The translations under genes were made by a program, and so were the position numbers. From contig CM059453.1 in NCBI GenBank assembly GCA_030390025.1, positions 7,192,001 to 7,256,000 of the forward strand: a DNA stretch of 64,000 nt, written 5' to 3'. Of the stretch, positions 1 to 12,800 are shown piece after piece (the first letter of the stretch is position 1; each line of letters begins with the position of its first letter). The notes under the pieces are model-generated. The model did not search any database. It was not told the origin of the DNA and worked only from the letters and a program-made list of their open reading frames with translations. The DNA is from Squalus acanthias (lineage: Eukaryota).

Positions 1-826
1 TTTATTTGTATCGTTTGGTGTGATTGAGGGACTTTTAATTAAATTTGAAAAAAATAACATTTATATTTATTAGAATTGTCTGAATTGTAAAATTATTTGT
101 GGATTGCGTTGCATATCATTAGCGGATTCCCTTCGTAAATGACGGCAATGGAATCCGCCACTCTCATTGGAGGACCCGGCCTTCTCGATCCCACAGACGC
201 TCCCGGACTGTCTGCGTCCCTGGGATCCAGGATCCTTTAGCAGGCGTACGCCGCGTGGCCCAGGATCCGAATTCTCCGTAGCTGTGAAGCCAATGTGTAA
301 GTTCAGAAATGTTTCGCAGGTGAGCGGTGTACTCCGGAACTACACCTCCGACCCCAAATTCAGGGCCAATAATAATATATTTATTTGATAATAATTTCAT
401 ACATCTTCAAAACTAACTGGTATCGGGCCAGTATTTGCATAAACACATTTAATACAGTGTATGTGCATACAATTTGGATTTTCAAATGTTTTATTTGAGC
501 CTTAGATATGTCCTTACACTGATGTACACAGGCTCTTTGCGTGCATCAACCTTAAGACTTACATGAACAATTCCTGGGCAGTCGCTGGCCAAATAGCCGA
601 AATCAGCGCCAGCGATTGCATCATCAGAGCCCCTGCGGATGGCCAGTCAATACTTAGGTTCACAGGTCGCAAGTACCAGAAATCTGGAATTACTGCACAT
701 CTCAAAGGGATTACGATGGCATACTCTACCATCTCAGACAACGCAATTCCAGGGCTGACAACTTAAAATTATTTGGATCTCTCGCCAGAACTCGTCTGTG
801 CGCATAATTATGGATCTCTTTAAATT

Positions 827-1559
827 AGCACCAGATTTTTAGGCGCCGAATTTGGCGACCCCTACTGGTGCGTACGAGATGTGTACGCATCTGTCGGGTC
901 ATGCGAAGCGAATGCGCTAATACCCGGCACTTGCGATCTGTCAAAAATCTTTTTGACAGATCCTCCACATCACCGGGAGATGGGCCCCTGCGGGTGGAGA
1001 GTTATGCTTTTTGCACAACTTACACCCGCTGAAAGGCCATAGAATTCTTACGCCCAGTGTAAGATTTTAAAATAACGTTAACAATATTTTTTTAATTATT
1101 TAAACATTAAAAAACCTTTGCAGTAATGTAAGGTTAATTTAGCTGATTTAAAACATTTAGTTTTTATTTTCAAAAAATGTAATTTTTGTTTAAAATATTT
1201 AATAAAATGGCAATTTAATTAATTTTTCATTTGTAATGGTTTTTCTTTATTTCTTTCAGTGTGTTGGTGCATTTTTGTAGTCATCCCCATTCATACTTTT
1301 GACAGTTCTGTGCTGACGGAACACTCAAAAGGATGAAGGGGGATTCGTTTATTCCATTGGTTAGCCCAGCCCACGTTATCGCAGGGGCGCTTGCGAAGCG
1401 CATGCGCCCATTGGGATACCTGGGTCTCTGCGCATTATGAAGAGGAGAGGCCCAGGATCGCAAGCCTCGGTATCTATGGAACCATCAGGTAAGATGTTAG
1501 ATATTTTTCCGATCGGAGGCATCCGCCCGCAGGAAGCCTCCGAACGGAAATGCAGGGCC
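827..1559. mobile_element. PIF/Harbinger-type MITE (copies 41644-42365 and 57833-58563)
   Basis: att|agcaccagatttt...gaaatgcagggcc|att; internal palindromes shared with the family. Confidence 0.8.
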
Positions 1560-2289
1560 ATTGTCTCTGGTGTTTCATTGCAAGCTTTATTGGTAACCTG
1601 GTCCCCGGTTGTGAGTGTTCATACTGTGGACCAATGGATTTCAATAGATTAACAGACAGATACGATCTTAGAAATAGTTTGTAAAATTGTTATTTTCAAA
1701 GAATATATGAAAAAATTTGAAAAGTTACATTAATGAAAAATTCACACTGTCAAACCTACTACAATGAACTCGAACTTGGGAACGTAAATCAAAACATGCG
1801 ACCCATTTTCTGAACGCCCAACATTCTCATAGTCCTTGTTGCAATGCAAAGGTGTTTGATTTACTTTATGTTATCAGGTGTTTTAAAGTATTGTCAGTCT
1901 CAATACCAACCGCGCTGACAGTATAACTCCTGTTCACTTTCAGTTCGGTTAAATTGCTGCATATTCGCAGGTCTCCTCATTTTGAATATATTGATGATGT
2001 TTGCGGAAGTTGGAGACATTGACGGTCGCGTACGCAATCTCGTCAGTCTGAGCTGTTTTAGTCGATTGTGCGGCACCACGACCAGCCTCTGTACATTGAT
2101 GGTCCCTCTGTAACGGAAGGTATTTGTGTTAGATGTGGAGTTATTGCAGATATGGATCAGAATGCGATGGGAGTGTGCTGTCTGCAACAGAACAAATCTC
2201 ACTATTTTATCACTGGTAAGTTTTCTAATGGTACTGATCCATGAAATGAGCGTTGTTAAGTCTTGATGCAAGAAATAAAGAATGTGGAA

Positions 2290-3068
2290 ATTGTATTTTC
2301 GAACGAGTAGATAAGGCTGGGGTGTGCCACTAAATTGGGAACATCTTTCAAACAGCCAGCACAGGTACTACGGGACAAAATGTCGCTTTCTGTGCTGTAA
2401 AAATCTATGATTCTAGGCTTCTAAATAGCATACTTGATCCGGGTTTTTATAAATTGAGGTACAGATTATGAAAACAAGGAAGATACGCTGAATCTTTACA
2501 CATCAGTGGTTATGCCTCGGCTGGAGTATTGTGTCCAATTCTTGCATAACACTGTCAAAAGGATGTCAATGCATTAGAGAGCGTACAGAGCAAATTTACT
2601 ATAATTATAGGAGAAATGAGGGACTGTACTTAAACGGAGAGTCCAGGGAACCTGGAGTTGTTCTCCTTAGTGTAAAGAATGATAAAGCGAGATCAGATAT
2701 TGGTGATCAAAATTCTGCAGAATTTTGTTACAGTAAATAAGGACAGATTGTTTACACTGGCAGGAACTTCGCTAACCAGATAACACAGATTGAAGATATT
2801 TGGGTCAAGAAAAAAATTAGAGGTGAGAAGGTTTTTTTTAACTCAGCGGGTTGTTGTGATCTGGAATGCACTTATGAAAGGGCGGTGGAAACAGATTCGG
2901 TAGTGACTTTCAAAGGGGAAATGGATATATGCGTGAATATGAAAAAAAAAAATCAGGGCTAAGGGCAAAAAGGAGTGTAGTGTGACTAATTGTTTAGCTG
3001 TTTCAAACAGCCAGCACAGGCACCGTGGGCTGAATGGCCTCCTTCTGGGCTGTATGTTTCTGTGATTA
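2290..3068 (+). mobile_element. Old degraded CR1 3' fragment (copies ~43095-43856 and ~59310-60059)
   Basis: ctggagtattgtgtccaattc and gggctgaatggcctccttctg CR1 3' motifs. Confidence 0.7.
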
Positions 3069-3124
3069 TTAAGACCCAAGCGCTGATATGCAATAATGAC
3101 TTTTGAATTCCTGCTGCTATTATA

Positions 3125-3420
3125 GGAAAAATGCAGCAACCAGTTAATTGGATGAATAGCAAATTAATCTGTTTTAGCTGGTGTTCATTGAGGGACAAAT
3201 GTTAGAAAGGGCACTGGGAAAACTCTCATCCGTCCCCTCAGTAGGACCATATGATCGTTTCCCTCCATAGGAGGAAACAAACGTGGCCTTGTTTAACATC
3301 TAATCGAAAGGACGGGTCTTCCGGCAATGCTGCACACCTTCAGTGTTGAAGTGAAGTATCAGCCCAGATTATAGGTTCAAATGCTGGGGCGAAGCCTGAA
3401 GCCAGAATCTTCTTACCCAA
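3125..3420 (-). mobile_element. Degraded Deu-domain SINE (copies ~44660-44950 and ~60116-60410)
   Basis: aggaaa..gcagc...ttgaggga.aaat...tttaacatctaatcgaaagg...gctgcacacc.tcagt, colinear with the 21900 element. Confidence 0.65.
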
Positions 3421-4046
3421 AGTTTTGGACCATGGAGACCACATCGGCAGCAAGATGCAATTCGGAAGTTGCAAATAAACTTGAGGAATGGCAACGATTA
3501 TCCCCTCTGGGGTCGCTGACATTTTGTGATCTTGTTGGGCATTTAGCAGATGAGACCTAATTGGTAGGGGGGTAAGATGACATTGGCAAGGCATTCTTAT
3601 ATTGAGAATTTGTTTTTTCAAGGAACGCCAAGGTGAGAAATACTCCCTAATTGGATTTAGTAGGTCACTACACGTAGAGTCTGTAGCTATGTTGCACTCT
3701 TAGTGACGTGAGGCGGTTAATCCTACCTTAATGGTCAACAAGTTTCTGATACACCAGTTTATCTGTTGGGTATTGCACGTTATGAGTCATTGCTGTTTGA
3801 AAGCACACCAAACATCCTTCAATTGTCAGCCCAGCTTGGCATCACTTACGTCAGCCTTTAGTGCGTACTGCACCCGACTGTAAATCACCAAATCATCGTG
3901 TGCTTCGGAGACACGTGCAGCTGCTCCGTGTTTCTTCCTGAATAGTAACAAATGCAAACGAGGCACTGCTCTTAATTAACTGGAATGTTTAATGAAAGCA
4001 CACTGCGCCTGCGCGATGAAGGACGTCAGTAGGTCAGGAAAGACTT

Positions 4047-5782
4047 AAGAACATAAGAAATAAGAAATAGGAGCAGGAGTAGGCCATACGGCCCCTCGAG
4101 ACTTTTCCGCCATTCAATAAGGTCATGGCTGAACTTCGACCGGAACTTCACTTTCCCGTCGGACCTCCATATCCCTTGATTCCATTGAGTCCAAAAATCT
4201 ATCTATCTCAGCCATGAATATACTCAAAGACTGAGCATCCACAACCCTCTGGGGCAGAGAATTTCAAAGATTCACAACCCTCTGAGCGAAGAATTTCCTC
4301 CTCATCTCGGTCTTAAATGGCTTACCCCTTATCCTGGGACTATGCCCCCTATTTCTAGACAAACCAGACGGGAGAAACAACCTGTCAGCGTCTAGCCTCT
4401 CAAACCCCTTCAGAATCTTGTATGTTTCAAAGAGATCAACTCTCATTCTTCTAAACTCCAGCGAGTATAGGTCCATTCTTCACAAGCTCTCATCATAGGA
4501 CAGCCCTCTCATCCCAGGAATCAACCTAGTGAACATTCGTTGCACCGCCTCCATGGCAAGTATATTCTTCCTTAGATAAGGAGAACAAAACTTTCCACAG
4601 TACTGCAGGTGTAGTCTCACCAAGGCCCTGTAGAATTTTAGCAAGACTTCCTTACTCTTATACTCCAACCCCCTTGCAATAAAGGCCAACATACCATTGC
4701 CTTCCTTATTGCTTGCTGTACCTGTATGCTAGCTTTCTGTGTTTCTTGAACGAGGACAGCCAAATCTCTCTGAATACCAACATTTGAAAGTTTCTCACCA
4801 TTTAAAAAATATTCTCTTTGCTATTCACCATACGAAAGTGAATAACATCATATTTCCCGACATTATTCTACATCTGCCACTTTACAGCCCACTCACTGTG
4901 GGCCAGAAATTCGGGTCTCCACGTGTGAGTAGGCGCTGTGTACTCACCCGTAGACCCAACGAAAGTGCCGGTTTCGCGCATGAACTGCACATGCGCTGGA
5001 AACCAGAACTTCCTTCCCTTGAAGGAAGGGGTTCGGAGGTCAAATGCGTGCGCCGGAGAGGCAGCGCGCACTGTAATTATTTTTTTCAAAAATTTAAATT
5101 TTTGTTTAAACTAGTTAATTTATGCAACTTATGGTTATTTTCAAAATGTTACTGTTTTCTTAAGTTATTTGAAGTTTTAGTTCGGATTTGGGGGGTGATC
5201 TCTGTTTATAGATTTGACAGGTCTTCCAGTCAAATCTATGAATGGAGATTCCCTGCTCCGATTGCCTTCCATGGCCCACGTGATCCCAGGGGACGGCTCG
5301 AACTTACTGCGCCCCTGGGATACGCAAGCACTGCACACCGCCACTGCAGGAGGCTCAGGACAGAAATCTCACGCGGGCCCACAGCACAACGGCAGGCGCG
5401 CAAGGTAAGTGAAGGTCGGGGGCTTGCACCCGCGGGAAGACTCCGACCCGAATTTATTTTCCATTTAGTCTATCTGTATCCCTTAGCAGAATCTTTGTGT
5501 TCTCCTCACAGTTTACTGTCCCACCTAGCTTTGTATCATCAACACAATTGGATACATTACACTCGATCCCTTCATCTAGATCAAAATATAGATTGTAAAT
5601 AGCTGAGGCCCCATTACTGATCATTGCGGCACCCTACTAATTGCAGCCTGCCAACCTGAAAAAGATCCGTTAATACCTACGATCTGTTTTCTGTCTGTTA
5701 ACCTATCCTATATCCATGCTACTATATTACCCCCAACCCCATGAGCCCTTATCTTATGTAATAACCTTTTATGTGGCACCTT
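4047..5782 (-). mobile_element. CR1 3' fragment interrupted by a MITE (copy at ~61038-62774)
   Basis: RT C-terminal ORFs 4264-4692 and 5708-5893; tail taagaacataagaaataagaaatagg. Confidence 0.9.
4900..5462. mobile_element. MITE inserted in the CR1 fragment (copy 61892-62454)
   Basis: TIR aaattcgggtc / gacccgaattt; CR1 sequence resumes colinearly on both sides. Confidence 0.85.
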
Positions 5783-6823
5783 ATGTCTTTTCCTTCTCCC
5801 GATTAGCACAGACCAGATCTGCAACCCAATTCTTTTCAATTTCCACCAGCCAACATTCAAAAGGGAACATTTTACTTTATCTATGATAGGCATTAATATA
5901 CGTTAATGATACGGTGCTGATTGCTCTAGGTGAAAGTTGAGTGTGATAAATAACGGTCAGTGCGAGGTTTATTGATAATTTCAACCTGGGTAAATAGCAG
6001 ATGCAAGTGTTTCAATGTGTAAACGCAGTCCTTTCTATTATTAGGTAGATCGCTTCAACACATTGGAGTTAGAAATTAGGAATACATAAATATTCATCAT
6101 CAATCTTTTTGCGATCATTGAATAGTTGATATTATTAAGCATGGAATTGCCTTCTTTAAATATATCATGGTACAAGAAGGGTTAAAATCTAGCACCACTC
6201 ACAAGAGTCTTCTGGCTCATGTTGCTGCGGTTGTTGCCGAAACATTGGCTGTTGAGGGGCGGCGCCTATCCGAGAAGCAACGTCATAGATTTGAATTGTA
6301 TACATCCTGTCCGATTGGTTGAAGGATAAATTTGATTGGCAGCAGATTGTAAACCTAACTGGGTGTTATTTGAAATCACTTGGAGCCGGTCACAATTCTG
6401 AAGGTAATTATCAGCCTGTCTATTAAAAGCAGCGAGTCTGTCTGGAGCTTTCAAAGAGAGTTGTCAGACCAAATAGCTCAAATCACTGGTAAGAATAAGC
6501 TAACACGTGCAATATAAATAACTGCTTATATCAAATTTTAGCAGATCAATCACACCCAATTATGAAATATAATGTTCGACTCCTTGAGCCAAACAAACTT
6601 AAGAACTACTGTAAACGTATGTGTCACGTTACTTTTACTATTTGCTTGTTGTTTTACTGTTTCCTGGACTAGCTTGATTGATAGAACTTCAGTGTCAATG
6701 TGGTGTAGTGTTATGCTGAGAGCCTGACATGGCAAGTAGGTTCGTGTGAGGCTGCCCATAAAACCACCAGCAGAAACAAACTGAAAGGGATTGTATGCCC
6801 ATTCTTTGAGCATGATGAATACT

Positions 6824-6899
6824 TTATCCAGATTGCACGGGAAGCGTAAACACTCCCTGGCACACAGAGCGCCAGCGATCAGAAGTCCAAAAATGTCCA
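6824..6899 (-). CDS. Siglec-like gene: probable terminal cytoplasmic exon (SGHFWTSDRWRSVCQGVFTLPVQSG*)
   Basis: Pyrimidine-rich acceptor ctgtttccttctgtttaaag; in phase 2 with the TM exon; TAA at 6826-6824. Candidate AATAAA on the minus strand at ~5968-5973. No transcript evidence. Confidence 0.55.
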
Positions 6900-9800
6900 C
6901 TTTAAACAGAAGGAAACAGACCCCAATAACATAACAGGAAGAATGTACAGACAGTCTGATTCAAACAGCCACTAATATTACTGTATATTTGATGCCGGGA
7001 GATGCGAACGACTGGGCAGGAATGATTGACCTTCCTACTTTACGCACCAGTTTAGGCTGATGCCCACTGTACTCACGGGAGTTTAATTTAAAGGAGATTT
7101 TGATATACGGACGTTCTGATGCAGGTTTCCTTTGAAACTTAATTCTATATAATTAATAATCACACCTACCTTTTTATCTTCAGCGTGAGGACGACTGCAA
7201 TTAGAGTAATAAGCCCGATGGTTCCACCTCCTATTATGAGGACGATTGTCCTGGACAATATTCCTAAAATGTTGGATAACATTGCTCTATATTAGGAATT
7301 TGGGATTAAACAACAATCTATCTTGGAAGCACATTTATGAGTGTGAGGAAGCAAGTTTCCTTTATGTTCGGATCACAAAGCTAATGGTAAATTATATTCT
7401 CCACTTGATTCAACCTGTTGATCCTTGCGTAAAAGCCTTTTGTTCCTGTGTTGCGGACTGGCGTCAATTTGAATTAATAAATTAAGATTCACTGATGTAA
7501 AAATCTCAATTTACAAATTGAGTTCACTCCACAACCCACCCTAGGAAAAACAGTGGGCTTAATCTGTTCGGAATACAGGGCCGCCAAGGTCAGCAGTTAC
7601 ATCGGTAAGATTTAAAATCTATAGCGATAATTCAATTTTGCTTAGGCTATTGAATATCGGCTCTACATACCCAAATGTGTCTGAACACGATAGAAATGAG
7701 CATTTAGCTACAAAAGGGTAGATTGCAGTTTGCTATCATGTATTGAGATAATTTTGGATTTTCTAAAGAATTTAACTTAATTCAGAATAATTTGTTTTCC
7801 AAGATCACTGGCTATTTCTGGTGATGAAATCATTTCAAATTTGCTTGAAAATATAAACCGAACAAGTTGCAGAAGAATGAAAGTTAAAATGGATAATGCC
7901 GACCGCACCTTTCAGTTGGTGATTGACAACTGATGAAAGTGGTCCTAACACTAATTCGAGATAGATTCCGTACGGACCTGCTGAGTGAAGCTGATATTTG
8001 CTGACACTTCGACCGTTCAGTTACTGACTTACCAGTGATGCACCAACTCCCTTATAGTATTAAATTACAGATAAATTAAACACGTACCCTTAGAGTGGAG
8101 CTGATATTTACTGACAGAATCACCGTGCTCGTTTGCTGCAACACATGAGATCAGGTTTCCGGTTCCGGTTGGGTGAGTCAATCTCAGAGAGCTCTCCATT
8201 AGCTGACTATTCACCGCCCAGGAGATGATTTCCACATCTGCGTTATTCCCAGTGAGGATTCTCCCATTGAGGCCCCACGTGATGTTTCCCGGGGGATTGG
8301 CTCTGATCCGGCAGCTACAGTTCGTCCAATTCTCAGAGCTGGTGCATGTCGGGCCTGCAAAAATTGTGGCTTTATCTAAAAGAAATAGAAACTTCAATAG
8401 TAAATGATCATGTAAATAGTTGCAGTACCGAAGTACAATTAATGCATGAGTTGAACTTACCATAATAGTTCTGGTAGATATATTTTAAGATGAAGCAACC
8501 TATGTTGCACCAGTTGATGGCGTATTATATGTTCACTTATAATAGGTGAGCTCGTCAGGAACAATTTCATATTAAACCTAATTGGTGTTCAGTCCAACCA
8601 GACCTGTCCTGACAGATATTGTGGGGGGTTCCTCAGACGGAGCAAGGTCAGAGTGTTATTTATCTATAATATACCCACAAACGTGATTCAACCGTCTCTG
8701 TTTTAACAGGTCAATTAATGTCAATTTCTTCACTTTGTGTACTGTTTTCAATATCTTCGTTTGTGGTGGACTGAAGTGATTCTTCAATAAATGTCCGGCT
8801 AACAAGGCGACAGTTCAAAGGACATTGTCTCTGAATATTACACTGTTAACACAACATTAATACAAATAACAGAAGTTGGCTTAACACCATTTTATCAGAA
8901 TTTTTTTGCAGAACATCTGCTCATCAAATTTCTGCATGTCAGTTCTAAGGATTGGAAAATTGCTTACTTCAGACGACGAGTATAATTTATTAACAATTAG
9001 ATGTTGAGTAAAGTTTCCAGAAAATGTGGCCCTGTCGTCACCTCATAAATATAAGACCTGCTGCATTTATGAGACATTGTGCCAGTTTCCACTCCTGTCA
9101 TACTGAGGGGGATGCCAGGGTAGTTTCCATTATTGGATCCATCGAGGTAGTGTGCCGCTATTTCCTCGGGAAGTGGTGAAACTTACCCAAACTCATGCAC
9201 ACGGTCGCCTTCCAGCAAGCAGGCAATTGAAAATTGGAATTTAATGCAGAATTCTTGAAATGAAAGGCTACTATCTAATTGAAGATTCATGCATACTTAC
9301 ATTGTACAGAAATCTGTGTGGAGCGGTTTGTGGTGCCCACAGCATTTTCAGCTATGCACCAATATTCACCGTCGTCCTCAGAACGAATGCTGGGGAATAT
9401 CTGCTTTAGTTCACCAGTGGATGATTTGCTCATCTCTTCACCATTTTTCACAAATCTTAAACTGACCAGGGGTTTCCCACAGGCCGTGCAGTATAATAAT
9501 AATGAACTTCCTTCCACAGCTACTATAGAGGAGTTGACGGTTGGGATTTCCAGTCCATCTGAAACAGGCGTTAATGCAAAACGTGATTGTCGAATAAGCA
9601 TAATTGAGTTCTTAATTAATTCATTATATAGGGTATGGGGATCGGGCAGGAAATTGGAGTTGTGTTCGATGATCAGACATGTTTGCCGGAGTGGCGGAGC
9701 AGGCTCGAATGGGCCGTATGGCGTACTCCTATTCCTAATTCTTAAGTTTTTATTAAGCCCAACCAGAGCTGAGATCTGGTGTCATAGCTTAAGATCCTAA

Positions 9801-12800
9801 CTCGGCATGGCCTTTGTTGCTTCCATTTATGACAGACTAAACTCAGAAGCTGACTGGAAATTCATAGAATAAAGATTAACAATCACATTAAAATATCTGT
9901 TGGAGGCACCATCATTGATTCATGGATATGAATGTTTCTAATGTAATCTGACTGATGAGCATTAGATGAGAGCCATTCCGAACATTTGATTATCGAAGTG
10001 AGCTCTCCTCGTACAGAGGCTGAGCTTTTCATGATGCATTCTTTGATGCAGTTCTAATCCCTAATAAATGATTGTGGTAAAAGTGCAAATTTGGAGCCGG
10101 TTGGCCGACAGGATAAATCTGTTTACTTTAGACCGGACATTTACCTTCAATCTCCAAGGTAAGATTTTGTGCTGAAGGAGTTGGGATACCATCAATTAGA
10201 ATTGTGCAACTCAGAATTTTCCCGTCATGAGCAGATGATGGTGTAAAGGTAATCACGGATGAAACTGTCCGAGAATCTGAACTTTCTTTGCTAATTTCTG
10301 CTCCATCTTGTTGATCCATTGGCGGAGGAAGGGACACATTGTAATTAATCCACTTCAGTGTCAGGTTGCCATCCGGGCAATTGTGGGTGACGGAACAGTT
10401 CAATCGTGCAGTTTGTCCAGCGATCAATTCCCCATAACCTGAAATATCTGGCATTTCTATAAAAACGGGAGAAAACCAGCTTGTTAGGTACATTTCAATG
10501 TTAAAACGGGCGATCGATGGCTTACTACTAAATCTGAGGAAGAATATCACATTTTGTTAATTTTTCTCTGCCACGTGTTGCAAGTGTGTTCACCATTCTT
10601 AATTAATCCTCGCAATTGTAATGCAGTTTTATGCCTCATCGGGTAACATATGGCCCCACTTAATTAAAAAATCAGTCGTTATATCTCCAAATTATTTGTA
10701 TCATGGATATTGTCCAGTGAACAAATTTTGCACGCTGGAATTAGAATTAACGTTAACTCCTGAAATGTCACGAATATTTTATCCTCTCGTATACCTCGTT
10801 CTGCACCAGCAATTGCCTATGTGATGGTGATTAATGCAGACCCAGAGCGATCTCGATTCTGTTGTCAAGAAACGTCAATATAGAACGACAATGCTGAAGA
10901 AATGTACATACCAGACAAAGGACGGGTAACACCACCTTGTGTGGGAGAAGCAGCGCAGGTTCCTCGCAGTAAATCTGAAGAAGGCTTCAGCAGAAATAGT
11001 ATTTGTAGCCGTGGGATTTGAATGAACAAATAAATTATAACTTGAACTGATTTTCACGTTACTGAAATATCTACTTTTTATTTAAGATCTAATTAAAAGC
11101 GGGGTAAATGAGCGCTGGATAGGGAAAGGCACGAACAAAGACTGCATTAATTCACCGCTTTTTAAGTACTCGCGACGTCAAAAGACGCTTCAACAAAAAG
11201 TAACTTGAAATGTAATCAAGCAGCCATTACCGACGGTAAACACAGGAGATTATTGGAGAAGATATGAAGATGTTTGGATTTAAGGATAAGGTAGAAATTG
11301 CAATAAAAACTGTTTAGAAGGGACGATGTAGCGAGTCGCCGTTTAGCGCAGTTGCTCAGAATAGTTCGATCCCAGTACGGTGTCCCACAGTGTTGTGCTG
11401 TGGAATTGCTTCTACTCACTGTGTGCATCAATAATTTGGAGAAAGCGCTAAAGAGTGTGATGTCAAAATTTCCCGGCCGGAATTAAGTGGATTCCATCAA
11501 AATGAAAAATGGGCGGGGTGTACAATGAGAGGCGCATCCAATATCGCCAGTTTGACACCCATGACAACCTTGCAAGTACAGCTCCCAGGTGATAACTGGA
11601 GAACTAAAGCGAGTTACAAACGGATACTGGAGATATAGTAGAATGGGGACATAAGAGGCAGATATAATTAAAGGTCTGAAAATAGGAGGTGGTAGATGAT
11701 CATTTGAACCGTAGGAAGCTGGGAGATGTGGAAGAGCAGAGGAATTTGGGGTCAGGTTCATAAGAGAGTGAAAGCAGCACCTCCAGTGGGAAAGTGTATG
11801 AAGTTGTTTCTGGAGCTCTGGGTTTGATGGCAAGAGATCAATAATATAAATTCGAGAATAGTGGAGATTCTAACGAGAACAGTAGTTAGTTCACAGTTGG
11901 AGTAAGAATGCGGGTATTGGGCTCCAGTCTGTAGGAAGGATTTAGGGCGGATTCGCGTAGTTTCTGGCTGGTATGAGGAAGTTTAAATAACAAGAAAATA
12001 TTTAAAAATTGGGCCAGATCTAATTAGTATAAAATTGATTTTGTGATGATTTGACAGAAGTGCTTAAACTTATTAAGCAACGGGACAGAGAAGATAGAAG
12101 GAGACTGAAGTAGAATTTGAAATGGCCGCCCTGGTCAAATCTCTCACTCCAGATAAGTCACCCATTCTAGCAGCCGCCCTAGTTTAATTGCCTTTCATTT
12201 CATTGGAAATAATGAGCTGCTGGTTTATGTATTGTAAGTAGGACCAAAAATCGTCAGTTTTAGTTTCAGTCAACAAGTACTAATCTATCCTCATGTGAAC
12301 ATTTTCAGAATAGGCTCGACTGGTATTTGAAGGGAATTGCAAAAAAGGGATATGGGAACTGAGCAGACACATGCGATTCGGAGTTTTGCTCATGTGAAGG
12401 ACAAACAGCCACACTGACAGTCTGTTCCGAACGGCCTGTTTTACTGCTGTAATTTCAATATACTTCTGTGTTTAGGATATCAGACGTCTCCGACCCTTAT
12501 CAGTATCCCTGCACCCTATGTTTCAACAACCCTTTGAGATCGGTCAGGGATATTTTAATATTTGCCCACTTTGCACATAGGTTGATTCATACTGAAGCAC
12601 TGGAGTGAAAATGTACAAAAGGAACAAAGGGAATACTCACCTAAAACAGAAAGAAATACGTCAGTACACAGAGTGCGACGTCTATTAGTGGACCAGGCCG
12701 AGGCGATCTCGATGCTGAGTTCGTATGTACCCTCATCACCCTTCCTGATATCCTTTAGCAGGAGGGTACACTGTTTCATTTCAATGTTACACTTGAACTC

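Noticed and set aside
1900-2271. 123-aa minus-strand ORF partly shared by three copies
   Set aside because: Start and stop positions differ among copies and there is no recognisable domain.
4739-5602. 287-aa plus-strand ORF (and copy 61731-62594)
   Set aside because: It is antisense CR1 plus an inserted MITE with no domain signature; its conservation reflects the recent duplication.
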